Shown here: piece by piece, positions 50,868 to 64,000 of the stretch
How the letters are laid out: each line of letters begins with the position of its first letter
How positions within the stretch are numbered: position 1 is the first letter of the stretch
NCBI RefSeq assembly: GCF_006345805.1
Contig: NC_042997.1
Location: forward strand, 141,174,001 to 141,238,000
DNA: 64,000 nucleotides
Source of the DNA: Octopus sinensis
Taxonomy: Eukaryota
Direction: 5' to 3'
Made by a program: the position numbers and the translations under genes
Notes under the pieces: model-generated
Databases searched by the model: none
Seen by the model: only the letters and a program-made list of their open reading frames with translations
Told to the model about the DNA's origin: nothing

Positions 50868-51578
50868 GTAGCGCTTGAAATGGATACATTTAGAAAACAC
50901 TTTATTACGCCTGTTTAATGCAGCAGGTTTCTTATAATCTTTAAGAATTTTTGTTCTCTCCGCGATGCAGATCTTGCAGCTACCACTTCCATTAATGTAC
51001 GGGCCCGGATAATCAATTAATTCTCACCTGATATCACACGGAGTCCCTTGATCTTTCAGGTGCCGCACATGGTGGGTCAAGGACGTGACAGACCGTCCTT
51101 CTGGGACTCTGACGGATGACTGGTGGTTAAGAAGACGTTTCTTGAACGGAGTACTCGCCGAACCAATATATTTATAAATATGGGATGTGCCCTATTCGTA
51201 CTCCTGGTAACATATGGCGCGGGGCTCGTCATCACATCGGTGTCGAAGATGAATGTTGGTTCTGGATAGGTCATTATTTTTAGGTGCGGCGTTTGTAATG
51301 GTGTTAACATACATTGCTGGCCTGGTACCTCTATCTGTATCTATGGTTTGTTCATTATCCGTGGTGTTAATATCGAGGTCTTCGTTGACGCTCTCTGTGA
51401 TGCTGGTTCCGGCTTGGTTATCATCTCTGGTCGTAGTAACTGTATTGACGTGAGACCTGGTTAATCTGCTGATAATATTGCTGTTCGATGTTACATTACT
51501 GTTATTACGAATATTAGGTCTAGGTATCACCGTAGCCTCATAGATGATCCCTTCAGCCTCGCATCGGCCTCCTACTAG
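50868..51578 (-). mobile_element. Penelope-like element GIY-YIG endonuclease remnant
   Basis: Single frame LVGGRCEAEGIIYEATV-[~115 aa]-YKYIGSASTPFKKRLLNHQSS..TSLTHHVRHLKDQG..IR*ELID..PYINGSGSCKICIAERTKIL..LNRRNKVFSKCIHFKRYLLEN*, with two in-frame stops. Confidence 0.85.
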
Positions 51579-52025
51579 TAGAAGACGCTAAATCGTCTAA
51601 CCACGAGGAATGTCTTCTCAAGAAATTTCAGGAAACTCCAGAATGTAAAGCAAGCAAGACAAATGAAAAGATACAAAATTTGGTGATAAGCTATATACCA
51701 TTGTTTCGCTGTTGCCATTTACAAAACGTAAATGTCCACAGTTCTTCAGTGCAACCGTCATATAGAAAACATAATTCACAGAACTAGACATGAGACGTCC
51801 TCTCAAAAGAGAACATGTATAAAGTACCATCAATTATATTTGAGAGTATATTTCAAATGTTTGAAGAGCAGTGCGGACATTTACGTTTTGCAAATGTTGA
51901 GAGCGAAACCATGGTATGTAGCTTATCACCAAATTTTGTATCTTTTCATTTGTCTTGTTCACTTTACATTCTGACGTTTACTGAAATTTCTTCGTGGTTA
52001 GACGATTTAGCATCTTCTTCTACCA
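51576..52025. mobile_element. ~450-bp MITE/foldback element (arms ~165-175 bp, 113-bp spacer)
   Basis: gctaaatcgtctaaccacgag..gacaaatgaaaagatacaaaatttggtgataagcta..caaaacgtaaatgtcc pairs with 51862-52025. It abuts and truncates the PLE frame. Confidence 0.85.
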
Positions 52026-52704
52026 TATTCGGAATCCACCTTGGTGGATATTCCTCCTATATATGTATGTAATATAATTTTCTTAATCTTCGGATTTTTA
52101 AGTATGCTAGCCCATTGCTTTAAATTGATATTAATTAATATTAATTTCTACCCTCATTTTTTAACTTTATTATATATATGAAAAATAAAAAGAGTTGAAA
52201 ATGTGTTAATTTTAATGTATATATATGAATTATTCTGTTTCCAATGAAACAAGTTTTGTTTTTTTAAAACATTTACATATTTTCCCCGTTTATTTATATT
52301 TATATTTATGAAAGTAAAAGTACAAAATATGGGTTCGCATGAAAAATGTTTTCCTATCATAGTTTTATTGAAAATATATTAGTGTATGTTTTCACAAAGT
52401 GAATTTTACAGTCACAACACATAAAAAAGAGAAAGAGAAGGAGAGATTGAGGGAGGGAGAGAAGAGAGAGATTGAGAAAAGATTACATGTTGCTTAAAGG
52501 CTTTCGTATGAAAATAGCTTTAGTGAATACTTTTTAGTGTATGCTGTAGCTAAGACTTTTGCAATACAGCAAAATCCTATGTAACTGAACGGTCTTGGTT
52601 TTCGAGGTCTTTCAGCTTATCAAAGATCTGGTAGTTCCTTCTTTGTATCTAAAACTATATGGTGCGTTTCAGCGTTGCTTGCTAAATAAATTATATGTCG
52701 CTTT

Positions 52705-52790
<86 letters not shown>

Positions 52791-52993
52791 ACACACAGGG
52801 GGTGTCTACACCTTTTCCAATCCCAAAGCGTTTTACAACCCAATACTTACATGCTATTTTTTACGTAGGTGTATATGAAGGGGTTCTAGAACCACAATTT
52901 TAAAAGAGATTTATTTCATATTCTCTCGAATGTTTACAAAAGTCTTATTGACATCAACAGGTTATAAATGTTTGTATATATATATATATATAT

Positions 52994-53121
<128 letters not shown>

Positions 53122-54504
53122 TAATATGAGGGAATATTATTCCAAACTTACAGGGAAAAATTCAATTTAGAAATACTAAATAAATCAAATTTCACAAAGT
53201 CTAATATATATATATATATATATATAAATTAGAAAAAAACGCCTTAAAATACACACACACACACGCACACACACACATATATATATATATACAAACATAT
53301 ATATTGGTATGTATATGTGTATATATAGAATCATATAAAATCATACCTACATATATAATGTGTTGATGATTAAGCACGTAAATATGCACGCAAATACATA
53401 AACCTACACCAGCAAATATAAACATATATACATGTACAAGCATAACTACAGAATGAAAAAGGGAAAAGAAAGAGAAAAAATATATAAAATCTGTGCACGC
53501 CTGTGCTAAGAAATATCGACATTTCGATTGTCAAAGCATAATGAGGAGCTTGGAGATGACTAATAGATTTATAAACATAAAGATATGCATATATCTACAT
53601 ACATATGTATACATAGATTAATATAGACACACTACCATACATGCACATATAGATATACATACATACTTGTACACATACGCACACATACACACATACGTAC
53701 GTACGTACATATACATATATATATATATATATATATATGCATGTATGTATGATGTATGTATGTATGTATTATGTATGTATGTATTTATGTATTTATGTAT
53801 GTATGTATGTATGTATGAATGTATGTGTGTGTATGTATGTATGTATGTATGTATGTATGTATGCATGTATGTATGTATGTATGTATGTATGTATGTATGT
53901 ATTTATGTATGCATGTATGTATGTATGATGTATGTATATAAGAAAAAATGAGATTAAAAATCTGGCAGATAGCAAATAAGCACTCAGTATAAAGGAATAA
54001 GTTTAAATTTCCAACAAGTAGACACCAGTAAATGTATGTAGAAGGTGTGATCTAGAATAAAGATATGATTTTCTTTGTACATTATATTGATCGTTATATA
54101 TACATATATACAGTATAATAGACTTAATTTTCCTCTGTTTGCTTTCTCCCGTTTTTAATGTATAATAATATGTATTAATGTATAATAATATATACATATT
54201 TTGTATTTGACGTATTTACAATAATTGATATATTTGATGTGTCTAATTTGTATATTTGCATATTTGCCTGTATACCTGCTCAACTTGACCCTTCTTATAT
54301 ACTTTCTTTACCTTGTGGAATGATCCCCTGTAAAGACATCAGAGTCTAAGTTTGAGTAATTTGAGACTACTAAGTGTCTTCTACAAAAATAAATTTTAGA
54401 TCTCATTTGTGAAATATATATATATATACACTTATGTACTTAATGGATTACATGAGAAAGCAACAAGTCAGTTTTTATGAATGTATATGTATATATCGCA
54501 TATA

Positions 54505-54715
54505 TCGCGTATGCCATAAGGTCTGCAAATCTAACGTAGGCCTCAACGTACATTGTAAGATTCACAAAGATCAGAAATTAATTGCAGCTCTTGCTGGTTC
54601 AAATCAGATATGCAATCTATGTGGCTGTCTTTTCAATACATTGTCTGGATTAAAAAAAAACATATCAGACGAAATGATGGCTCTAAGGCGCAAGTACAAC
54701 AGATAGTCAGATTCT
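54505..54715 (+). mobile_element. RTE-type LINE 3' end with two C2H2-like fingers (tentative)
   Basis: RVCHKVCKSNVGLNVHCKIH and CNLCGCLFNTLSGLKK/HIRR (frameshift in an A-run). No TGEKP linkers, which favours a retroelement tail over a host ZNF gene. Confidence 0.55.
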
Positions 54716-54735
54716 GTATAAGGATTAGTCAACCA

Positions 54736-54812
<77 letters not shown>

Positions 54813-55029
54813 CTACATCCATAAATGTATGTATATAAGTTATGTATTACCGATTATATATGCCATAAGAAGTTACTTCTGTATCGAGCACTTTATCCAA
54901 CTTTACTTCGAATGATGATTTTGGCTTTTTCCATTCCTCTAAATTTTGTATGTATACATTTTGTATATATATATGTCTGTATGTAAGTATGTATGTATAT
55001 ATATATATACATATGTACATATGTACATA

Positions 55030-55760
55030 TGCCATTCCTGGTGATCACTCCAAACATCACGACGTTGACTGTATGCTTGATTTTTTTCACTCTTGGTACA
55101 TGTTTTGGGGACACAGCAAGCCAACGGTTGTTCTGCGTACACCACTTCAGCCTGGCAGAAACTTTTCTCGTTTATGAAAATCCAAAGCATGTTCGGTTGG
55201 AGGGGATGCTTTAGCTTGCTCAAAAGCTTCGTAGCCTTGATGGCTTGGGATAAAAATTGGCCATTTCTCATCTTGCATGAGAAATACCGAATGTCTTCAT
55301 GCACTACCTGCCTGATAAGAAACTCAGGCACTCCAATGTCCCTGGCGATGGACCTGATTGACTTGAAGGGATCGTTATCAATCATGGCCTTGATCTCACC
55401 ATCAAATTCAAGAGTTCTTTTCTTAGCAAAACGATCAGAGTGAGTTTTCCAAGGAGCCGCACCTTCGAAATCACGATTAGACTCATCTAACCCTTTCCGA
55501 AATCTCTACACTGTCCTCAGATTGACATCCAAACACTCTGAAATGTTCGTATTGGAGCTTGCGGCGCGAATGCCAAGCAATACAGCATGTCGTTTCCAAA
55601 TTTTTGGCAGAGTGAATTGCGTCATAGTACTGTTTTTCACACAGATGATACCCGACTGACCCTACTATACTATGTAGTCGACAAAATCAAAAACAAACAA
55701 TGAGTATGTGCGAAATTAAAGATATGAAATGGCGACAATTTATCCATCGCATCCTAGGTA
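55030..55760 (-). mobile_element. 5' half of a Tc1/mariner-superfamily (DD37D/maT-like) transposon
   Basis: ATG at 55625: MTQFTLPKIWKRHAVLLGIRAASSNTNISECLDVNLRTV*..MIDNDPFKSIRSIARDIGVPEFLIRQVVHEDIRYFS..WIFINEKSF..KHTVNVVMFGVITRNG. TIR-like end at ~55728-55760. Truncated by a microsatellite. Confidence 0.8.
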
Positions 55761-56194
55761 TAAATATATATATGTATATACATATACAATATTCTCGTTA
55801 AATTATGTAATACATGCAATGCTATACCTTTCAGATGGATCTCAAATATTTGAGAGTGCTATGTATCTTCACGAAGTATTCACAATGTAAAATATATGTG
55901 CATTTATATATATAAATATTCTGAAGGAGAACCCAATCTATATTTTGTAGCCATTGGAATAAATATCTAATTAAAGTTTCTCCAGACACTAATTAATTAA
56001 TTTTGTATGTCTAGTATTCATTAGTGGATAGAGAAAGACAAATATCACGCAATACTTAACATGCGCATAATTCCTCCTTATTCCTCCACTGATGAGTTCT
56101 AGACGTTCGAAAGTAATTAATGTCTACAATTTTAATTCGGTCTTTATTTTCATATCTACTTGAAATATCAAAATTGCGTCATTCATATATATAT

Positions 56195-56500
56195 ATGGAA
56201 TTTCAAAAAGACAAAGACAGTTTTTTAAACAGCAAATAGGTGTTTTAGTTTAACGCTCGGGAAGGTGAGAAAATCTTTTACGTTTCGAGCCTACGCTCTT
56301 CAATAGAAAGGAATACGAGAAAATAAACAGAGAGAGAATAAAAAAAGCTTTGCTGGCTAGCAGTCGACTATGATGGGTGGGTGGACGGAGGTGGTCAGAC
56401 AGGAGAGCTAGGAAGAAGGGGAGAGAAAAAAGTAGTGATGATCCAAAAACGAAGGTGCGCGTGCGTGTGTATGTGAGAATGTGTAAGTGTGTGCACGTAG
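56195..56500 (-). mobile_element. Family A hammerhead repeat plus PLE-type 3' UTR
   Basis: Minus ctattga agagc gtag gctc gaaac gta aaag at 56273-56312. Flanks are homologous to 5995-6290. Confidence 0.75.
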
Positions 56501-56526
56501 CCATATATATGTATATATAATATATG

Positions 56527-56595
<69 letters not shown>

Positions 56596-56622
56596 TATAT
56601 ATTATATATATATGTATATATA

Positions 56623-56663
<41 letters not shown>

Positions 56664-56670
56664 TCTATAC

Positions 56671-56768
56671 AATCACCCCATTTGATTTATATGGATAATA
56701 CCATACAAAATTCTGGTGCCTTTAACTTAAGTACCATATTCATCTGAATCTAAATTTTGCTGAACTTT
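56671..56768 (+). repeat. Unclassified (TA)n-tailed repeat, copy 3 (5'-truncated)
   Basis: Homologous to 8050-8152. Confidence 0.8.
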
Positions 56769-56788
56769 ATATATATATATATAATATA

Positions 56789-56840
<52 letters not shown>

Positions 56841-56845
56841 GTATG

Positions 56846-56877
<32 letters not shown>

Positions 56878-57205
56878 TAGTTACGTGCGAGGCAGCGAGC
56901 TGGCAAAATCGTTGAACAGAAAATAGCTACGTACGGGCATACGTACGCATATACATGAATACACACATATTATATACTTGTAGCGCACGAAAAAGCAGCC
57001 TGTGTTCTGTTGCAGAGTGTAAATACAGAAATAAATTAATACACACGAAAAATCACCTGGCCTTCCGTTTGCAAGTGTCATTGCATTATTTTGACTGCTT
57101 GTAACTACTGAACAAATATGGCACACTATATCATCCACACCGGATTAACCACATTAGTTGATTTTTTTATTACATTAAGTGACCATCTCTACCCTCTTCT
57201 GCAAG

Positions 57206-57600
57206 ATGGCTTACTCAATACCGGAAAGAGTGGAGATTGTGAAAGTGTATAAGAAAACGGGTTTTGTGAAGCAAACGCATGAATTATTTAAAGTCAAGCT
57301 TCCGGGTAAATGCTTACCGGTAAAGAAAACGATAAAACTGCTGTTTAAGAAGTGGTGAGCTACAGAGTCAATGCACAATGCACCCACCAAATGAGACCCT
57401 ACAGTTTGAAAGCCGGAAATTACTCAGGACATTCCTCAAAGGATTACTCGAAGTCCAAAGAAACCAAAATGTAAACAGTCTCACATACGCAGGAAGTCAT
57501 GCCAACAGGTGTTGAAAAGTCTAATGTGGAAACATCCTTTTAGATATGTACAGCAATTAAAAATGGATGACAAGAGCAAACGAGTAAATTTGAATGTTTC
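57206..57600 (+). mobile_element. Tc1/mariner transposase N-terminal (HTH) remnant
   Basis: MAYSIPERVEIVKVYKKTGFVKQTHELFKVKLPGKCLPVKKTIKLLFKKW*ATESMHN..LKSLMWKHPFRYVQQLKMDDKSKRV, with several stops. Confidence 0.65.
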
Positions 57601-57620
57601 TGTAGTTACACTATGTTTTA

Positions 57621-57668
<48 letters not shown>

Positions 57669-58016
57669 AAATTCAACCCCATTTCTGGTAGTTACTGAGC
57701 TCGACAGGATGAAAGGTAAAGTTGACAGGATTCGAACTCAGAAAGTAAATAAAGCCTTCAGCCCGGTATTTTGTCTGATGTTGTAAAGTGTTCGCCATCT
57801 TACTACCTCTCTATAAGGTTCAATATTGATAACACCAATTATTTTGGGGGTGACGAGTGTGCTTACTTAAATAGAAGTTATGATGGTAGAGTCGTCTATA
57901 TACATCTATTTATCTAGCTATCTACTTCCTTAAGAAAAAGTTTATATACAATGCACGTATGTATGTGTTTTCTATTACCTTTTTTCTTCCCATACCAGTA
58001 TTTCTTCATTTCTCTT

Positions 58017-58205
58017 AAGGCAGTGAGCTGGGAGAACGGCTAGCACGCCGGGCAAAATAGTTCGTCTTAACGTCCTGACTTCAAGTTCCGCCGAAGACGA
58101 TTTTGCCTTTCATATTTTTGGAGTTGATAAAATAAGTACCAGTTGAGCACTGGAGTCAATAAAGTCGACTTGCTCCCACCCGAACTTGCTGGTAATGAAA
58201 CCAAT
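58017..58205 (+). mobile_element. SINE family B
   Basis: aaggcagtgagctgggagaacggctagcacgccgggc..ttcaagttccgccgaag..gataaaataagtaccagttgagcactgg. Confidence 0.8.
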
Positions 58206-58429
58206 ATTTCTTTATTTCTCTACATCAACTTCTTTTCCTTGGTCCTGATATTCTCTCTCCCTACCTACTTACAGAAACATAATCGATAGCATATGCTTCT
58301 TTCCTCTCTTAATACCACTGACTACTTTTTTTCCATTTTCTATCGGCCCTCATAATTTTTCTATTCTGGATTCAATTTAATTCGGAATTTCTTTTTGTCA
58401 TATAATGGAATATCATATGCCTTTCGCTA

Positions 58430-58475
<46 letters not shown>

Positions 58476-58783
58476 ATATATTCACTTATCTTCCCAGCTT
58501 TTTAAATATTTCCCTAAAGGATGTTATTCAAATTGTTATAAAATAATAGCCTACTTTGCATATTTTTCTTAGTGTCAATATTTTTAAAAAGATTGCTATT
58601 CATAATAGATTTCAGTTTCTTAAATCTACGAAAGTAAGTTAACGGCATGAAGTTATAATACATTGATAAAGTATTAACCAAAATAGGCATGAAGAATTTC
58701 GTATGATAAACGACCATATATTATATGGATATAGCTAGATTCTACACAAGTCAAAATTTAAAATAAGTTATGATATATACATA

Positions 58784-58816
<33 letters not shown>

Positions 58817-59237
58817 GTAGGTATGCATGTATTTATGTATGCATTTATGTATGTATGTATGTGTGTGATTACGGGAAAATCGAATGTTAAATGATATGGA
58901 AAGAAATGATAACAATGAATAAAACTTCCAAGAATTTAAAAATTTAATTCTCCAAATATATATTGTGACCCGGACTTACTTCATTCAATCTAATCCGCCA
59001 AAAAATCTCTTATATAAATACAATGGCTAAGAAAGATACAGTGTTTCCGAGTCTACAAGAAAAATATATTTTAATATTTTGTGGATGGGAAAAAAAGGCT
59101 TGTTCAATGTAATGCGAGGGTGAAAATCAATATAAAATTTTCAGATTATAAAGCGAAAAAATTGTCTGCTTCCTTTCAACAGGACATTAACTACAAGGGC
59201 AAAGAATGTGCAGCCAGGCGTTTACTATACATATATA

Positions 59238-59321
<84 letters not shown>

Positions 59322-60221
59322 GTATATGTGTGTGTCTGTGTCTGAGGGTGGGGTGTCTGTGTCTGTGTGGCGGGGTTTACGTGTGTGAAAAATTATTGTA
59401 TGTCCTTTCATTATACTGAAAAGTTATTCATAATGAAAATACAATTTTAAGCAAGAAAAAATGATATAAACCACCAATGTAATTTGCATATTTTTTGAAG
59501 AGAGATAATTTCGGTGCGAAATCCGATTCGTGTAGAGGCGTAGAGAGTTCGATCTGAAGATGTCATTTCCTTTTGGCGATCTTTTCAACAACTGGTTTAT
59601 TTAAACGAGAAAGCGATTATTTGTCAACTTACGCTTGCTCAGCCTGAAAGGTAGAATAAATTCAGTGGGAAATATATTTTAGTAAGCATGTTTCTAGCTA
59701 ATGGCCCGGCTCTTTTGCTGCCTTTTCTTAGAGGTGCAAACATTAATTCCCTATAAGTATTTCTAGAATTTAAAGATTTTTATGAATTGGCTTCGAATTT
59801 TGGCTCAAGGTCATCGATTTCCGGTTGGAGGTAATTCAGTTATATCAACCCCAGTGTTCAACCTGTACTTATTTGGTTCATCTAATTAACACATTCAATA
59901 CGTGATTGTTGGTCACGAGGGGCGTGCGCGCACGTATGTGAGTGTGTGTGTGTATGTGTGTGTGTGTGTGTGTACATGTGTGGAACTCCGAAGTTCTGAG
60001 GTCGATTTAATCGTCTAAACCTCTCTACCTAAATATGAGATTTATTGTGCAGATGTAAGATATCACGGTTGATAAATCCACATACAATACTCCTCGTGGT
60101 ATTTAGCATTGCTATCGCTTACGTTCAGCCTCAAATTTGCCTTTCAAGCATCCTGCGTTAATCATAAATGTAACGGTTGTATACTTGTGTCGTTATGATC
60201 CACTAATATTCTTATTCTTTT

Positions 60222-60625
60222 AAGGCGGCGAACTGGCAGAAACGTTAGCACGCCGGGCAAAATGCGTAGCCGTATTTCGTCTGCCGTTATGTTCTGAGTT
60301 CAAATTCCGCCGAGGTCGACTTTGCCATTCATCCTTTCGGGGTTGATTAAATAAGTACCAGTTACGCTCTGGAGTCGATATAACCGACTTAACCCGTTTG
60401 TCTGTCCTTGTTTGTCCCATCTGTGTATAGCGCCTTGTGGGCAGTAAAGAAATAGGTATTGTATTTGTCTTTACGTGCTGAGTTCAAATTCCGTCGAGGT
60501 CAACTTTGCCTTTCATCCTTTCGGGGTCGATAAATTAAGTACCAGTAGCATACTGGGGTCGATCTAATCGACTAGCCCCCTCACCCAAAATTTCGTGCCT
60601 TGTGCCTATCGTAGAAAAGATTGTT
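60222..60625 (+). mobile_element. Family B SINE dimer
   Basis: Unit 1 ends with ..ccttgtgggcagtaaagaaata (60454). It is followed immediately by a head-truncated unit starting ggtatt.. that carries the ..ccttgtgcctatcgtagaaaaga tail. Confidence 0.85.
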
Positions 60626-61749
60626 CATATTCTTTTGTTTATATTACAAATCAATACCGACAGCACTCAAGTTAATTTTTGCGGTTTGATGACACTCGAA
60701 GCGTTTACTTTCTCAAGTTTCCATGGTACGTTTCTATAAATATGGACGGTGGCGGTAATCTTGTGGGGGAGTTCAATGGTAAAGAGAAACGAAAGCAAGA
60801 TGAGATAAACCTTTTCAAAATTGATATCCTGTCCGAGGAAATTCAATGAATGACAAACTCAGCGGAGTACCAGATTCAAACCACCCTATGAGATTTTAGT
60901 TACTCCTATTTGCGTTCAGAATTCAAATTCTTCCTTACGTATTTGCGTGGCAGATGAAATATTTACTCGTTATGTACTGAGAAAGTTTCAATCACTACTC
61001 CAGAGCGAAACCTGTTGCTTTGATAAAGTCGGTAGAGCATCGGACAAACTTGCAGTATTTTTTTGCTTTTAAGTTCAAAGTTCAAACCTCATTGAAGTCA
61101 ATATTTTCATTAATCATTTTTAAATGATGTGTTTACATCGTTGTAAATTGGCGGTTCGTTAAAAAGAAACCGACAGTATAAATCTTGAATTTAAAGTAAA
61201 TAGTTGAGTCGATTCTTTCCACAAAACTATTGAAAGCCATGCCTCAGCATGGCTGTAGTTTAAAAACCGAAACAAGTAAAACAAAAATATCTTATTTCTA
61301 GTTATGTATACAAAGCCCATACTACGATAGAAATGCGATCCTTAGATCAATATTTCAGTTCACAGATAACGTTGCATTGCACCAAACAAACACAACTCAA
61401 ATATACGCAGATTTTAGGTTTTGAATAGAACAATACAAAGAATGGGAAATGATGATGACGACGATGACGACAACGACGACAGTTAAGAACGACAATAGAA
61501 ATAAAGAGGTTGATTAAACGATAAAGACATCAACGAAGAAGAAGATAACGATAATGGAAACTACGATAAAGATATCAACGTTAAAGATCATAGCGACGAC
61601 GATGAAGAGGGAGACAAAACAACTAAACAGATGAAAGGTAATGTTGAGTTTCGTGGAATTTGAGCTCAGAACATGAAGACGACCGAAATGCAGCTCAGCA
61701 TTTTACCCGGCGTGCTAACGATTCCGTCGGCTCGCCGAATAATAGAATA

Positions 61750-62080
61750 GAGAAGGAACCCCTTTGGTCATGAAACACCATGGGATTGAACCTAGAAAGT
61801 TCCCTTCTGAAGCACAAGCCTGGGAAAGATTGTTCATGGAATACCAGCATTCGCCAACACATACCAGCCTCCTCTCTCCACGCCATCATTGTTATCTAAG
61901 GGAAAGGTAAAGGTCAGTATAGTTTGGCACCAGTGACGTCACTACTCATTTCTACAGCTGGGTGAACTGGAGCATCCCGAAATAAAGTGGCTTGCTCAAG
62001 AAAATTAAACACAGCCCGGTCCGGGAATCGAACTCACAACCTCATAATTGTGAGCCCGACACTCTAGCCACTGAGCCAAA
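61750..62080 (-). mobile_element. tRNA-derived SINE, family D
   Basis: Minus head tggctcagtggctagagtgtcgggctcacaattatgaggttgtgagttcgattcccggacc. Fragments of the same family lie at 17520-17605 and 25840-26010. Confidence 0.85.
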
Positions 62081-62622
62081 AATAACAATAAGAAAAAAAA
62101 GTAATAGAATTATGCGATCCCAGAATCAATGTGTTCGGATACAATGGTATATATTCTCTCATGTACAACATTTAAAATATCAATAACTACTTAGATTTTC
62201 CGGTTGTGAATGTAAAGCTCATATTACAACAGGATTCAGTCCTTAGATCAAGGTCATAATGCATTGATCTAAGGATGTACCCCGCATGATTCACGCGAAG
62301 GAAACCCGTACTTAACGTTACCACAACAACAATAATCCAATGTTAGAATGTGTCAATGCACTCAATCACTCGTTCATTCATTCACTCATTCACCTTGATC
62401 TCAACCAAAGCTTCCAATAATATAATTATGTTTATTGATCGAACCACAAACATTGTTGTTTGTTATGCTCTCACTCAACAGGTTATAAATCCCTAAGTAT
62501 TTTAACACACGATTAGGTATTCATATTACTTTACAGAAATAATTCACTTACATTTACTTACATTCTTCCTAATACAAATTTCTTAATGTATCAAAATATT
62601 GCTGTTGTTTTTGTTGTAGTTG

Positions 62623-62734
<112 letters not shown>

Positions 62735-62735
62735 A

Positions 62736-62950
62736 AAGGCGGCGAGCTGGCAGAATCGTTAGCACGCCGGGCAAATTGCTAAGCGGCATTTCGTCCGTCT
62801 TTACGTTCTGAGATCAAAATCCGCCGAGGTCGACTTGGCCTTTCATCTTTTCGGGTTCGATAAATTAAGTACCAGTGAAACACTGCGGGTTGATGTAATC
62901 GACTAATCCCCTCCCCACAAATTTCAGGCCTTGTGCCTATAGTAGAAAGG

Positions 62951-62951
<1 letters not shown>
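62736..62951 (+). mobile_element. SINE family B, intact, between (TAG)n and (TTA)n
   Basis: Full head, body and tail aaatttcaggccttgtgcctatagtagaaaggatt. Confidence 0.9.
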
Positions 62952-62987
<36 letters not shown>

Positions 62988-63002
62988 TATATTATTATTA
63001 TT

Positions 63003-63535
63003 ACTGAGTGAGAGAGCAGTGCATGCCATCAAAGTTACACTGGGGTAAAATATATGGAGCCCAGTATACCCATCATGACTACCCGTCTGATAAGGATATA
63101 CCAGGCACATCACAACCATGTGCGTGCGACATGGTGATCTCATATGATGATTAACGGCGCATGATCTTGCAGGTGGGGTCCAGTTGGAATTTTCTCCAGG
63201 TTGAGTAGCCCATCCCGCTCAAAAGGTCCCTGAATAAGGATTGTTTTAAGGATATTGAAAGAAACACCCATGTTTCCAAAGGCGAAATATCTAAACCCCA
63301 AAGAATTCCTCTCAACGCATGGCTATGAAACTCACCCACTACTTCTGCTAGATGCACATATCGTCAGCCACCAAAGAACATGCTAAAGCGATTATGGTCA
63401 AACAACTGACAAGCAAATCTGTGGTACTGAGTAGAATATTTGCTGTAGCCGAGACAAAACTTACATGATAACACTTCCAATCAGTTAAGATCAGAAACCA
63501 TGAGAGCCACTGTCTTGCTCTACATCAGGGCATTT
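63003..63535. mobile_element. Unclassified ~530-bp element flanked by (TTA)n on both sides
   Basis: Second copy at 47240-47789 in the opposite orientation. No ORF, TIRs or Pol III boxes seen. Confidence 0.85.
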
Positions 63536-63581
63536 ATTATTATTATTATTATTATTGTTGTTGTTGTTGTTGTTGTTGTTT

Positions 63582-63683
<102 letters not shown>

Positions 63684-63729
63684 TTGTTGATGATGTTGTT
63701 GTTGTGGTTGTCGTTGTTGTTGTTGTTGC

Positions 63730-64000
63730 CTTTGTACAGCTTCTAACGCTGGAGATGTACTACAGTGTCAGCTGTTTACTATCAGTGAACTAAGGTAATA
63801 CATCTTATTTTTCGAGCACCTTCCTGAGTATTCGAGCGGTTCCAACCAGTGCTGTTTTCTGCAAGTGCTCCACCGTTATTGCAACCCCTATTTGTTCCAC
63901 ATACTTCTCGAGATTTTTGCTCACTGTTCCCAGGGCTCCAACAATTATTGATACTACTGTTACCTTTTTCATCGACCACAACTGCTTAACTTCCCAAGCT
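63730..64000 (-). mobile_element. R4/Dong-like non-LTR retrotransposon 3' end
   Basis: Minus AWEVKQLWSMKKVTVVSIIVGALGTVSKNLEKYVEQIGVAITVEHLQKTALVGTARILRKVLEK* (stop 63805-63807), a ~75-bp 3' UTR, then (CAA)n/(TAA)n. Confidence 0.85.

Noticed and set aside
54840-54950. Minus-strand QNLEEWKKPKSSFEVKLDKVLD, like a CR1 C-terminus
   Set aside because: Only ~25 residues; suggestive but not sufficient.
59020-59230. BED-finger-like words (KYF..GKKRLVQC)
   Set aside because: The second Cys and the His ligands are absent and the frame is broken.
59633-59643. 11-nt minus-strand microexon with strong acceptor and GTAAGT donor
   Set aside because: About this many such coincidences are expected by chance, and its length is not a multiple of three.
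61450-61640. D/E/K-rich acidic stretch
   Set aside because: Degenerate (GAT/GAC)n microsatellite with stops.

Overview
Eukaryotic, AT-rich, microsatellite-saturated intergenic or intronic DNA. The tRNA-derived SINE families and repeat load are those I recognise from Octopus (coleoid cephalopod). Most long ORFs in the supplied track are translated simple repeats, and no host protein-coding gene can be called with confidence. A 100-N scaffold gap lies at 47790-47889. The window holds decayed mariner/Tc1, Penelope-like (PLE), R4/Dong-like, CR1/L2-like and RTE-like fragments, many SINEs, several foldback/MITE-like palindromes and a Helitron-type non-autonomous element. Two systems stand out. (1) Type I hammerhead ribozymes: two (TA)n-embedded partial-tandem units of 472 nt (24.2-24.9 kb, plus an inverted copy) and 578 nt (48.8-49.7 kb) with retrozyme/PLE pseudo-LTR architecture, plus about 11 dispersed minimal hammerheads, one family carrying a fixed CUGUNGA core. 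(2) A ~2 kb ORF1-only L1/Tx1-like retroelement (43800-45785) inserted into a SINE tRNA head with a 15-bp target-site duplication, whose 3' end resembles the tail of a SINE subfamily that forms tandem chains. All alignments and folds were done by eye, so boundaries are approximate to a few bases unless stated.
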